Shown piece after piece: positions 1 through 13,189 of a DNA stretch of 64,000 bases. Location: NCBI GenBank assembly GCA_951406725.2, contig OX597826.1:45074001-45138000 (forward strand). Direction: 5' to 3'. The notes beneath the pieces were generated by a model. The model saw nothing but the letters and a program-made list of their open reading frames with translations. It ran no database searches and was not told where the DNA came from. Every line of letters starts with the position of its first letter. The first letter of the stretch is position 1. The position numbers were made by a program, and so were the translations under genes. This DNA is from Octopus vulgaris (taxonomy: Eukaryota).

Positions 1-499
1 TTTGGAGAAGGGGTGAATGTCATGCTGATGGCTGTGTGGTGGAGGGAGACTCATGGGGAGGACAGAACATCATATGTGGTGACATTACACTCAACCAGAG
101 AGTTGGACTAGTGGTCTTCCAAAACATTGGTCAAGGCCAGGGCAATGGAGTAACCACTGCTCACTACGTCGACCAAGCATTGAGGCCTCACAATGCGTCA
201 TACTTTGCTCATCATCAGAATCAAGTGTTCCAACATGACAATACCCATTCTGCCAAGTTGACAGACACCCAGACACTGCCATGCCCTAAGTCCAGACTTA
301 GGGCCCCACAGACCACCTGTAGCAAGAAATCCAAAGAAAGGTAAATGGCATTCGTCCAAGAATGACAACTGCAGCACAACTCACTGCAAGTTTTGAAGTG
401 AGCTGCTATCCCCATAGCCTTCAATCGTCTTTGGTGCATTTAATGTACAGAAGATGGCTGGCAGTAATCAGTGCTGACAGTGGTCACACGAGATATTGA
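1..499 (+). mobile_element. Tc1-like transposase relic (C-terminal catalytic region, frameshifted)
   Basis: Translated pieces VTTAHYVDQALRPH...VFQHDN (second catalytic D motif) and terminal RRWLAVISADSGHTRY* (stop 497-499), matching the typical Tc1 ending GGHTRY. Frames are broken and the element runs off the window start. Confidence 0.8.
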
Positions 500-698
500 C
501 TTCATCTCTTTGGATCCAGGACACTGTCATCACGACACCAAACACGCTTCAGGAAATGTTGAGAAGTAAACTTCTTAGCCATACAGCCATACTTGTGCTT
601 ATGATACAAGAATAAATAAACAGACAAGTTCACATGTATAAAATAATTTTAAAGATCAAAGAGATATGCGATATTAAATCTATGCAAGATACAAGAGC

Positions 699-1280
699 TT
701 ATTTTACTGTAATCTTTGCAGCATTTTTATCAGAAACAGTATATTGGTCCCATTTCTTCTCAGGGTCATATGGTTCCCATCGACATGCTGGGAATATATG
801 CTTATTCCTTTCATACCAGCTACGCAAGCAAACTTTGCCAGCATGTGATTCATCTTTCTCCACAGTGGCATCATTGATCAAACGGATATCTTCATGCACA
901 TCAAAATTGAAGAGTGGTCCACTTTTGCCCCGAGCTTTTGTCACAATGAAATCATAAAATGTTTAATGATGTGGGATGATTAAGTCTTCTTTGACGTACA
1001 TCAACTGATCGACCGTGATAGATTTCAAATCATTGAACTCTTTACGTAAATTCTCAAAACACCGTTGCAGGAACTGCTGTATGCTGTTGCCTTTCTTCAT
1101 TTTCACTTGTCAACGATGACCAGAACCATCCCAGTAACTGTAAGTAATTTCAATCTCTTCGTTTTTAATTTTTTCTTGTTTAGCAACCCATTCTTGACGA
1201 AGCTGTTCCCTCAACTTGTTCTCTTCTTCTTCTCGATCACGGCCAGGTAGAAAGCTTGTGTCAACATCAGGATTCTTTCC
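699..1280 (-). pseudogene. FAM50A: Processed, 5'-truncated pseudogene of FAM50/XAP5 (C-terminal XAP5 domain)
   Basis: One intronless frame: [31 protein letters not shown]...[88 protein letters not shown]...[14 protein letters not shown]. In-frame stops are TGA 1110-1112 and TAA 963-965. Homology ends abruptly at about 1280. Confidence 0.93.
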
Positions 1281-1422
1281 ATGGTTATGCTCCAGGTTCG
1301 ATAATGACACAAGTCAGGTGTCCAACGTGGGTCATGTATTAGCATGCATATATATATAAATTGACAGAATAAGATAAAAAAAAATCCAAGGCTGTAGTTT
1401 TCAGAATATTTATAAAGAAAAA

Positions 1423-1470
1423 GTCTTACAGCTGTTTCCGGGATATTTTATTTATTCCTTCATCAGAGAC
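1423..1470 (-). ncRNA. Type-I minimal hammerhead ribozyme motif
   Basis: Minus strand GTCT-CTGATGA-aGGAATA..TATCCcg-GAAAC-AGCT-GTA-AGAC: stem I GTCT/AGAC, palindromic stem III ACAGCTGT, GUA cleavage triplet. Confidence 0.75.
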
Positions 1471-1491
1471 ACTACGATGATACACACACAA

Positions 1492-1578
<87 letters not shown>

Positions 1579-1581
1579 CTC

Positions 1582-1742
1582 TCATTATAGTTCCACGCAG
1601 TTTCCGTTCACCAAACTCAAAATACATTGGTCTGACTGGAGCTATTGTGAACGACACTTACCAAAGGTACTGCGCATTACGACTGAACCCGAAATTATGG
1701 AGTCACAAAGTGAGCTTCTTTACACACACGTGCCTGCGCCTA
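1582..1742 (-). mobile_element. SINE family C, diverged 5' half
   Basis: Similar to the reverse complement of the head region of the 41979-42385 copy. Confidence 0.65.
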
Positions 1743-3044
1743 TATAACTCGAAAACTATCACTGTATATATTTGAGATATTGATATGCATTACACACGTG
1801 ACAATGGACTGAAAATATTAGAATCTAGTGATACTATAAGCCATATCTTCTCTTCCACGTCTCGCATTCGTCTTCATTGCATTCACACTGGTTTCATTTT
1901 AAGATCATCGTGAAGTCTCGTAAATATATTGCTCCGGGTCTCACAAGTGTGTTTAAAGGGTATTTACACTTGAACTGATTCGAAAATAACTTTGCTATTG
2001 TATAATGCTAATGTAATGGCTTGGTAGAATCGCGTGAACCACAGATAAACGACATTGTAATATTTATTCTTGTTCTGAGATAAAAATCCAGTGAAGATCA
2101 CTGTGGTATTTCATGCGGCCGGTGTCGATAAAATAAAATACCAGTCGATTAATTGGGGTCAGTGTAAACGTTTAATTTCTCCTCTCATATCTGCTGACGA
2201 TCTATGTAATTTAAAAACAATTTAAGAGTGTTATCTTATTGTTTCTTGGGGGTTTCGTTACCTTAATAATAATAACCACAGGTACTAGTGAGTATCACTT
2301 CTTTATTGTTAGTTAGTTGTTTAAATATCCTATCAACTAACTAACCTCGCGTTTGTTTCATTTGTTGCTTAAACAATCAGTTGATTTCTTGCTTGTCAAC
2401 GTCCTTTCGTCCTTATTTGCGACCTTGTCAACGACATGCCCTCTTTCTTCAAAATATCTGTTTAACAAACGCATTAAATAAACGATCGATTAGATAGTTC
2501 GTTGTATATTTAAGGGATATTGAACCATAAATTCTCGTCAAAGTTCTTTCAAACCGAATACAGAAAAAAAGGGGACTAGTGTCTGAAGAATCATTACAAG
2601 TTCGAGAAAAATTCTCTGCTTACTTGTTCCGGCTTTTTATGTTCAAATCCCAGCAAATGCACATTTTTTTTCATCCTTACAGGTTTGGGCTTGAGAAATA
2701 AAGCACCAGTCTATAACAGGGGTCAATGTAATTAACTGACCGTTCTTAAAATGATTTCAGGCCTTGTGTCTAAATCAGAAAATAAGTGTTATATAAAGCT
2801 GAGAATGGCGTCAGCTCAACGATTACATTCAGATCAAAATAGATTCAAAGCCAGGCTAGAAATGGTGTGTTATAATTAATTAACAAATTAATTAACTCCC
2901 AAGTTTTACACAATGCTACGATATTTTCCTCGAAGACTAATTGCCATTGCTGCAAACTTAGATAATCTACTATTGACGTTAACAGATATGTCGACAATCA
3001 CACCTAAAGAACACATCGGATTGTAATTAAACAAATACGTGTGA

Positions 3045-3048
3045 TTAC

Positions 3049-3141
<93 letters not shown>

Positions 3142-3231
3142 CGTTATTATTATTATTATTATCATCATTATTATTATTATCATCATTATTATTATTATCA
3201 TTATTATTATTATCATCATCATTATTATTAT

Positions 3232-3302
<71 letters not shown>
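3045..3302. repeat. Compound microsatellite (ATT)n/(ATC)n/(AC)n/(AT)n
   Basis: Read directly. Confidence 0.97.
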
Positions 3303-3308
<6 letters not shown>

Positions 3309-3842
3309 CTGATGAGACCCAGCTCGGCAAAAACTGTGACCCGTGGGTTGTTAAATATGCATGTTCTCCCTAGAAGACATTTGGTCTTGAAACAAAACTG
3401 GAAATATATTTTTACATTGAATTAATTAAATTATATGCTTCATAGTGTATAACGTAATATTTTGTTACTACAACATAAAAGGAAAATAAAATCGCAACAG
3501 CTTGCTTAACTGTAACAGAAAATTTCAAGGAAGCGACTCGTGATTCAATCTCGCTCAATAATTTTGATAATTAAAGTAATTTAGGTCCGGGAGCACTATT
3601 TAAAAGAGACGTGAGTTTCAGTATTACTTAGTTATTACATTTTAATATACTTTTAATACCACGATTCAATATATATATATATATTATCATTATTATTAGT
3701 TATTTTTATTATTTAATTGAACGCCACGGATCTATTTCCAAGTAAGTTCATCTTCACCTTTTTGATGCAACTTTATACTGTTTTCTTCCTCCATCTTTCT
3801 CTAATTCCATTTCTCTCCCCCTTCCTCTTTCACCATTTTCTA

Positions 3843-3882
<40 letters not shown>

Positions 3883-4529
3883 CTTTCTCTTTTTCGCTCT
3901 CTCGTTGGTCACTCGTGACCATTGTCCAACTTTCCTTTTCTCACGTGGCCATCTTTCTTTACTTGCATGGATGTTCAAAGGACTGAGCGTGTTTTCTTTT
4001 CTCTTTCTCTATCTTTTCTCTTTTCAAATAAAATATGTCTCCCAGTGTTAGCTATTTTCCCATCACTCTGGTCTAACGACCCTCCATGTTTGTTTCCGTT
4101 CAGTTTCCTTGTATGTCTCCACTGTCATGCTTTTGTTCCCAACTTTGACCCTCCATAAATCCTAAATTCTATTTTAGAATTAATGGGAGTAACTGTCGTT
4201 GAAGACTCATATTGTTGTTGAATGCCCAGAGCGAGGAGTGGATGAATAGTCGACAACTGATAAAGTGTAGTTTCTCTGTGTTTACTTGTCCTGTTTTCCA
4301 TTTTTTTCTTTCGTTGTTTACGTATTTAAATCGTTTATCTACGTATTTCATGTTGTTTACACAGTTGGTGACGTCCTGTGTCTATATATGCAATTATTTT
4401 TTATTATTTACGTGAACGCCACGCATTCATTTGCAAGTAAGTATATATATACGTATGCGGTGCATGTACTTACGCACATATTTGTGGATGCGTGTGCATA
4501 GCTGCATATATATATACATACGTACATAG

Positions 4530-4567
<38 letters not shown>

Positions 4568-4607
4568 CTGTGTGTGTGAGATGGGGTCTTTGTGGAAAGA
4601 AGTATAT

Positions 4608-4665
<58 letters not shown>

Positions 4666-4709
4666 AGGTGGGGTCTTTGTGTTACCACACACGAAGAAGT
4701 TTGCTATCT

Positions 4710-4740
<31 letters not shown>

Positions 4741-4749
4741 GAGTTTAGT

Positions 4750-4947
4750 GTGTGTGAGTGTCACTATCTGTTTGTTCCCCCAACACCGCTTGCAGTGTTT
4801 ACGTTCCAGTAACTTAGCGGTTTGGCAAAAACGTGCACTAGGATAAGTACCAGCTTCGAAATAAAAGTAGCATTACGGTCGATCTAAAAACCTTTCTAGG
4901 CGGTGCCCCAGCATGGCCGCAGTCAAATGACTGAAAGAATTAAAACA
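4750..4947 (+). mobile_element. SINE family C, 3' half
   Basis: gtaacttagcggtttggcaaaa...ggcggtgccccagcatggccgcagtcaaatgactgaaa shared with full copies. Confidence 0.8.
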
Positions 4948-5046
4948 TATACACACACACACATTATTTACATTATTTACATTACACATTATTTACAATT
5001 GATGGATATTTGTCCTGATCTTGTTTGTTGTTAACTGATATACCCT

Positions 5047-5085
5047 CGTTTCGGCTGATATACCCTCTAGCCTTCATCAGGTGTC
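5047..5085 (-). ncRNA. Damaged hammerhead motif in a short repeat
   Basis: Minus strand ACAC-CTGATGA-aGGCT..AGCC-GAAACG. The expected cleavage site and stem I 3' strand are replaced by a local duplication of ctgatataccctc. Confidence 0.55.
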
Positions 5086-5130
5086 TTGGGGAGATTTTGA
5101 ACCTGGGTCCTCATTCCTAAGGTATTTTCG

Positions 5131-5156
5131 ATGTTGTTGTTGTTGTTGTTGTTGTT

Positions 5157-5203
<47 letters not shown>

Positions 5204-5500
5204 TATTATTATTGTTATTATTATTATTATTATTATTATCATTATTATTATTCAGGTCATTGCCTGGAATCGAACTCGGAATCTTGGGGTTAGTAGCCTA
5301 TATACATATATACATACATGCATACATGCATACATACCTACCTATCTACCTACCTACCTACCAACCTACCTACCTACCTACCTACTTACCTACCTACCTA
5401 CCTACCTACCTACCTACATACATACATACATACATACATACATACATACATACATACATACATGCATACATACATTCATATACATACGTACATATATATA
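5131..5500. repeat. Compound microsatellites (GTT)n(CAT)n(TAT)n and (TACC)n(TACA)n
   Basis: Read directly. Confidence 0.95.
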
Positions 5501-5536
5501 TAAAATCAAAATAAGCAACAGGATATTAAGAGGTGA

Positions 5537-5607
5537 TGCATTACGACTATTTCAAGACTATTGCAATCATTACAACAATTTAAATGCAGGGCTATCATCA
5601 GCTGCAT
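5537..5607 (-). ncRNA. Degenerate hammerhead motif
   Basis: Minus strand ATGCAg-CTGATGA-(long stem II with TGCA/TGCA)-GAAAT-AGTC-GTA-aTGCAT. Confidence 0.45.
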
Positions 5608-6403
5608 AAATAGATAAATAGAATTTGTAGTCACTTGGACACAATATAATTTTACTCAAATGCCCTAATAGAGCAAGAAGACGTAAAAAGTCCATGCTGC
5701 CACTACTGTAGCTAAGAATGTACTACACTTCTAAGAATTGTATGAAGTTTGTTGGGGTCATAGCCTATATAGGATTGTGGTTCATTTTTAATTTTTTAGT
5801 CTTTTTATCAACTACCAAATCTAAGACTAGAGAATTGTGTCTATTTAGAATGGAGGGCAGTAGTGAGTTAACAGCACGTCGGTGGGTATGGTCATAAATA
5901 TTCTAGATTTCTAGGATTAGTATAAAGTAACTGTGTATAAAGGGGGCTAGGTAGGGGAAGATCCCAATCAAGACGTTAATTACCAGTTAAAGGGGAAAGA
6001 CGTTAATAAAACCTATGATGTTAATACAGATGAAATTATCATGGGGTACTACGGGTGATTGTATAGAAACAAGATTATTTAAGATTATTAAAAATGATAT
6101 AATCAAAATAGGTAAAATGTGTATATATACCGATTTTCAACATTAAAAAGCGAAGATTACACAAAATTAGTTAAATATTCATTCATATATTTCATTATTT
6201 ACTTGTTGGGTGGTTGCTATAAAGACTGCTCTGAGTATTTACTTATGGAATACTGGGGCGATAAATCATGCTATCTGTATATTTATTATAAGCTCAGAAT
6301 AAGAAAAAAAAGGAAAAAATAATAAGTTGTGTACGGACACACACACATATTTAACTATGTGCACACATGCAATTATACACAACTATATATATTTTATTAT
6401 GAA

Positions 6404-6795
6404 CTAGCAGTATCGCCCGGCGTTGCTCGGGTTTGTAAGGGAAATAACTATACAGAATTTTTAGAGAGTTATTGCCAAAAAATAGCAAAAAATGCATTAA
6501 AAATGGAAAAAATATGATGGTAAATTGTTTTAAAAATCATTGACACATCGTAGACATTTTTAGAGAGTTACTTCCCTTTAAAAAAATATGCAAGAAAATG
6601 GAAAAAATAATGGAAAATTATTTTTAAAATCGTAGACTCATCGTAGACGCGCGCTAATACCCAGAAGGGCTCGATATGAATCACGACTATAAGATACCCG
6701 GTTTTGGTTAAACTGCACCGCAAAATGTGGGAGTAGTTAGGAATCTAAATCGTAGGAGACAGACACTCACACAACTACAGTTTTATATATAAAGA
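6404..6795 (-). mobile_element. Non-autonomous Helitron
   Basis: Minus strand starts A|TCTTTATATATAAAA and ends with a GC hairpin CCCGAGCAACGCCGGG followed by CTAG|T: canonical TC...CTRR termini inserted between A and T. Confidence 0.85.
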
Positions 6796-7417
6796 TATGT
6801 TATAATTAACTCTAATTGACTTAAGTAACTAGAAACTTTATGTCTCTATTTAAGAACAGTAACAACTTATAAGGGATAAAAGGTTAATAGGTAATGATAT
6901 CAAAATGAGAAAACAAAATATTTAGAAATTATAGAGAATAGTAAGAAAATATGTATCTTACATTTTAAAGCGACAGAGTATTAAAATATCAGGTAGGGCA
7001 GAGATATAGATAACCTCACAGAAGAAGCAACAGGTATGGTAGTAATGAGGGCCGTAGGAGGTATTCAGACTGAAGTGGTATTTAATAAGTTATAAAGTTA
7101 CCTTTGCTATTTGCTATTACATACATGATTTTATACTTTCACATGGGTATATAATTAGAAGGCGTATTTAAAAAAAAACCATTACAAAATACATAATATG
7201 ATTAGTAGGGTAGAACATCATAGAAAGGAACAAATGGCTTAATCACCAAAACCATGATGAAGTCAGACTAACTAGGTAGGATTATTCATAGGATAGTAAC
7301 TACATGTAGCATAACACATACCCTACCGTATAGCTTATAACACACACACACACACACACATATATACATATATTTGTATAATATGCATATACTCGTGTAT
7401 ATATATATATATGTATG

Positions 7418-7559
<142 letters not shown>

Positions 7560-7767
7560 CGAGGGTAACCTTCTAGATGATCATTCATGACCGAAGGGGT
7601 TCTTACTTACTTAAGATAAAAGGCTTCGAACAAAAGCTTATTTTTATTGTATCGTCAATCTGGATTTTTTGTTGTCCCTTTTTGGATCACCTAGTTGTCA
7701 GGATGTTTTGCGTTCTTGTCCTCCATTTTGTATTTTATTTTATATATATATATATATATACATACAT

Positions 7768-7803
<36 letters not shown>

Positions 7804-7839
7804 TATATGCATATATTATATATATATATGCATATATGC

Positions 7840-7931
<92 letters not shown>

Positions 7932-7932
<1 letters not shown>

Positions 7933-8490
7933 CCGCAGGAGTGGCTGTGTGGTAAGTAGCTTGCTTACGAACGGCGTATTCTTCGATAGTTGGTCTGTTA
8001 CTTACAATGAGAGAAGACGCGAGCTTTGTCTCCGGGATTGGAAAAAAAAGAACAAAACGAAAAGTCGCTAAGGTGAGTCATTTTTTTGGTCTTCTGAGCT
8101 GGATGGGAATTCATTGTGTGTTTTTCTTTACTTTTTCAGTAAGTTCCTGCCTAGCTCTGGGGCGATTTCGTCTGCCTTGGCGGCTTTAAATTGTAGCTCA
8201 CTCTAGCGAGCAAAAATATTGCGTTCTCGTCGCGTTAACGATGGACTGAGAAAATTTTGAACACTTCTTTGGAATAAAATTCGGTGTGCTTGTGTGTTTG
8301 TGTTGTGTGTGTGTGTGTCAGTGTGTGTATGTGTATGTGTGTGTTTGGGTCCCCGTAACTTAGCGGTTCGATAAAAGAGAGCGATAGAATAAGGACTAGG
8401 CCTCCAAAGAATAAGTCCTGGCGTCGATTTGCTCGACCAAGGTTGTGCTCCATCAAATCCGCAGTCAAATGACTGAAACAAGTATAAGAG

Positions 8491-8492
<2 letters not shown>
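7932..8492 (+). mobile_element. SINE family C split by unrelated sequence
   Basis: Head gcaggagtggctgtgtggtaagtagcttgctta at 7934-7967 and 3' half at about 8345-8492. The intervening sequence does not match the family. Confidence 0.75.
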
Positions 8493-8568
<76 letters not shown>

Positions 8569-8977
8569 TGAAGGACGAGGGACAGAGAGAGAGTGAGAGT
8601 GAGAGAGAGAAGGTGACACACACGCACACACACACACTTATATTCGTAATGTTTAAGTACGAATTAGCCGTTTAGTTCCTAGTTTAATCAACAATGAATA
8701 TTATTTGATTACTGAATTATAATTCTCTTAAAACTTAATAATATGAAATATAAATAGTATGAGTTTTTTCATTAGTTTGCTTTATTTGCGTTAAAAACAG
8801 AGCCATAACAATTTACAATTCTCTTAAACAACATCAATATTGCCTTTTCACGGTAGTTTATATTAAGGTGAAACAAGATGAAACTTTCTCATATAAGCAC
8901 TGATATTCGCTCACTAATACAATTATGCTCGCTAAATGTATATGTATAGACTAAATGTATATATACAGATTTACGTA

Positions 8978-9397
8978 AGGCGGCGAGCTAGCAGAACCGT
9001 AAGCACGCCGGGCTAGATGCTTAGCGGTATTTCGTCTGCTGTTACATTCTTAGTTCAAATTCCGCCGAGGTCGACTTTGCCTTTCATTCTTTCGGGGTCG
9101 ATAAATTAAGTACCAGTTACACACTGGGGTCGATAAAATCGACGTAATCCGTTTGTCTGTTCTTGTTTGTCATCTCGTAATCCGTTTGTCTGTCTTTGTC
9201 CTCTCAGTCTTTAGCCCCTTGTGGGTAGTAAAGAAATAGGTGTTTCGTCTGCCTTTATGTCCTGACTTCAAATTCCGCCGAGGTCAACTTTTCCTTTCGA
9301 GTTCGATAAATTAAGTACCATTTGCGTACGGGGATCGTTCTAATCGACTGGCCCCCTCCTCAGAAATTTCGGTCCTTGTGCCCAGAGTAGAAAAGAT
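8978..9397 (+). mobile_element. tRNA-derived SINE family D with partially duplicated internal unit
   Basis: Head aggcggcgagctagcagaa, B box gttcaaattcc, core gcctttcattctttcggggtcgataaattaagtaccag. The unit restarts at about 9239. Confidence 0.85.
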
Positions 9398-9791
9398 TAT
9401 TATTATTTATTTACCCTTCTAGTATCTTTTACACAATGTCGGCCTTTCCAATCCTGGAATTTGAAATTTTGAATATTTATTTCTTTTTCACGCCGTCACT
9501 TTTATATCCTGACGACTCGTTGCGCGATATATTGTAACGTAATTATTACCCGACTCTTAGGTAGTATTGTTCGTTTGCACACAGCAGTCTTGCTCTTTGC
9601 TGTACTGAGCACGCTTGTCTTTCGCTCGAACGGACTTTAGTATGATTTTTTTAACCCCCCCCCCCCAAAGCATCTCCTCTAGCTGTTTAACACTGCACAG
9701 CTGTATCCGATATATTGTGAGCAGGGGAATCGAACCCTTACCACATTCTAGTGACGGCACCAACACACAGTAATTCCAACAACTACCATGT

Positions 9792-9983
9792 GGAGGCGCA
9801 ATGGCCCAGTGGTTAGGGCAGCGGACTCGCGGTCTAATGAACGCGGTTTCGATTCCCAGACCGGGCATTGTGAGTGTTTATTGAGCAAAAACACATAAGC
9901 TCCACGAGATTCTGGCGAGGGGAGATGGTGAACCCCTCAGAACTCTTTCACCACAACTTCCTCTCACTCTTTCTTCCTACTTC
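9792..9983 (+). mobile_element. tRNA-derived SINE family A (3'-truncated)
   Basis: A box TGGCCCAGTGG and B-box-like GGTTTCGATTCC; matches the 21282 copy. Confidence 0.85.
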
Positions 9984-10530
9984 TGCCACAAAGCAGAGGA
10001 ACCATGGCGTAACCTACTATGGTGTGGTAAACTTTCAGTCCCTAGTCTAGATTGCGAATCCTCTGTACCCCAGGATGGTTAAGCCCACCACCCGTTAAAA
10101 GCCACCATTCACGGAATGAGGATAACAACGTAGCTTTCACGCCCGTGCAACCGCCAGTCTATCGCGTGTGGTGGGTGTATCTTCAAGTTGCTACACGCAT
10201 TCTTAGTAGCTTAGAGTAGGCTCGAATTGGAGATTATTCTTTGTGGCTAATGGTGTGAGTCCTGATTGAAAGAAGAAGCATTAAATCTCCTGCAAGGACA
10301 TTAGAAATAGACAACAAATAAAGTGAGTACAACGCGAAACTAATACTGCAACTCTTACCGGCCTCAAGAAAAGCTCTTCAACGACTTCTGCTGACCACTA
10401 CTCTTTATGAGAAATCGGCAAGTCCCCCGGAGTGTCAATGACTCTCGCCACAACAACTTTATTGAGTACTTTACTTCTTCATTGTAAAACCGAACTTGCA
10501 TTATACTTTTACAGAGAGAGAGAGAGAAAC

Positions 10531-10590
<60 letters not shown>

Positions 10591-12019
10591 ATTGCGTGAG
10601 TGTGTTTGTGTGTTTGCATATTTATGTGTTTTATATGTGGATGTATATACTCGCATATACATATATGTATATATGTATTTGTACGTATGTATATATATAT
10701 AATTATTTAGATATTTATATATTTTAACAGTATTTATGTGTATCAATGGTGCCGCCTACACACACACGTATATTTGTATATATATATATCTATTCATATG
10801 ATTATGTATGTATGTATGTATGCGTATGTGTGTGTATTATATATATATGCAAGTGTGTATATATATAACTTGTTAGACGATGATATTTGACAAGATGTTA
10901 CAAACTTGTTTAAGTTTCCGCTTTAAATAATAAATATCATGATGAGAAATGATAGAAAAAATTTTAAGAGCGGATCTTAAAGAGAAATAAAAGAAACTTT
11001 ATTTATAATATATAAACGTTTGATGAAATCCAACTGTGAAGATTACACTCCTTATTTAATAGTAAAAGATGAAACCTTAGGATAAAATGGCAAACATTCA
11101 GAAAATGATAGCACTATAGTTCTTTATCAGGTACAATATGTGTTAATACTTACTGTCTCCTTTTGTTGTCTTCAAACAGTAAGTTTTTCGCAGAAGCGAA
11201 TCGTTGTATTGGACAGCTTCCAAAACATGTCAGCGTTGAAAGTGAGATATATCATGTCGTATATTCGTCTCACATACAAACAACAATTTCTTGTTTGATT
11301 AGATTTGACAACAGACTTGTGTTGCTTTGTTATCTAAGAAATATAAGAACCAGAAGAAACTGGGAATTCTGCAGAAATTATGATGCTCTTTATGTTCTTG
11401 AGCATTTTAGATTTGGTATGAGTTAATAAGATCTGATTAGAAGTATTTCTTCGTGGAAATGACCTCACACCTATGCACACATCAAACATCAAACATGAAG
11501 CATTAAATCTCCTGCAAGGACATTAGAAATAGACAACAAATAAAGTAACGAAGACAAAATAAGTTAGTATAGCATAAAAGAGTAAAGCGCCTCAAGGCAA
11601 GGTTAAAATTTGATAAAATATCTCAGTCAAAGAAGAACAATATTCTCCTTCAAAGTATCACATCGAAAGATATTGCCAATATTCTTTATTTAGTTATAGT
11701 AAGATGGATAATGAGATTATCAATTATATGGCAGCGGAGGATTAATCTCACCAGTAAAGTTTCTAATAAAATGTTCAAATAAACTGCCCGTTGGCTTGGT
11801 CATTCAGTCGTTGAACGAAGGGCCGAAGTTTCAATTCGTGTTACGATCATCAGAAACTTTCGTATTGCAGCTTCAGAACGCTTTGTTTTACGTAGACACC
11901 GGCTAAAGATATAATAACAAGTGAGACAGAAAGGTTTAACGTATAAGTAAGGTGTTGCTTTCTAAGATTAGAATACATTTTAGAATTTGTTTATGTGTTG
12001 AAACCTAATTTGTTGTGTC

Positions 12020-12330
12020 GTAAATCCCCGTTGCTCGACTATGAAGATTCACTGGTTCGATCAACTGAATTACTTGGGCTGAGTATTCTACAGACATGCG
12101 GACACTTAACGTAACGTAATTCTCAGGCAAAAAGGTGCATGTCAAGGTGCGCAGTAAGACAGTACCTTCTGAATTACAGGTACATTCCGGCCGATGGCTT
12201 CCTATAAGACTTCCGTCCACTGAATTATACTTGCAAGGTTATAGAAAATAAGATTTGCCCAAGATAATACGCAGTAGGATCGAATCCAAAAGCTAAAGAT
12301 TGTGAAGTGAACTTAACCATTCAGTTTTAC
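12020..12330 (-). mobile_element. Old SINE with a family C-like head and a family A2-like tail
   Basis: ggctgagtattctacagacatgc and gaattacaggtaca resemble the 30713-30900 tail; ttccgtccactgaatt...ttgcccaag...cgcagtaggatcgaa resembles the family C head. Confidence 0.55.
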
Positions 12331-12525
12331 TGCGTCAACATAAATCCTATATACCCTCATAAAACAGTGGACAGTTAGTAGGATTTTGGAAGTTACAGGT
12401 TAAGTCGTGGGCCAGACTCTGTGCAGTTGTGTGTTTGCGCCAATTGTAGCATGTAATATTCAAAGCAATATTGTCTAAGTATGAATAGGTTACCTAGACA
12501 TTATAGGGACTGAAGCGTTTATAAG

Positions 12526-12597
<72 letters not shown>

Positions 12598-12622
12598 GTT
12601 TATCTATCTAACCATCTATATG

Positions 12623-12679
<57 letters not shown>

Positions 12680-13189
12680 TCAGAATTGAATGCGGTCCTA
12701 ACACACGACTTTACGTTATTTCACAATAAACGGATCACTTGATCCATGCAATAGACTTAACTCATAATTACTAAGTACAACCTTGAGGTTATACTTAAGC
12801 TAAAGATCATAAGCTACATTAATCCATTTTTACACATTAAACAGTTGTAGCATTTTAAACTTTTGGACCTACACAAATTTGTAAGATGAAGGAAAATAAA
12901 AAGCAATGAGTTAGCTAATAACCATTACGTCACTATTTCTTAATACTTTGGTAAATTAATGTTTGAAGCAGCTGCCAACGCTTAATCTCATCCTCATAAT
13001 TCCCATAAATCATTAAGACCTTCTCTAACACTAGGAGGTCCAACTGTTGTGAAAGGAAAGTCTAGGTAGGTGATTTATTCCAATATAAGTGACATTATCA
13101 ATACAGCAACGTGACCGTATCAGAAAAAAAAAATTAATCATTCCATGGCAACTGTTTTCCCAACATCCTCAACTTCGTCTTCTATTTTT

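Noticed and set aside
3305-3345. CTGATGAGACC...AAAAAC hammerhead-like start
   Set aside because: No GAAA and no convincing stem I or III.
2906-3373. Long ORFs such as poly-N and poly-I, and the many [12 protein letters not shown] ORFs across the window
   Set aside because: They are translations of stop-free microsatellites, not genes.
7569-7602. ctagatgatcattcatgaccgaag hammerhead-like string
   Set aside because: Core altered in both halves and no cleavage triplet.
9715-9765. Minus-strand GGTTCGATTCCCC B box suggesting a tRNA gene
   Set aside because: No cloverleaf or A box could be built; at most a decayed tRNA-derived fragment.
11820-11856. Minus-strand CTGATGA-TCGT/ACGA-GAAAC
   Set aside because: No GUH triplet or stem I pairing; likely chance.
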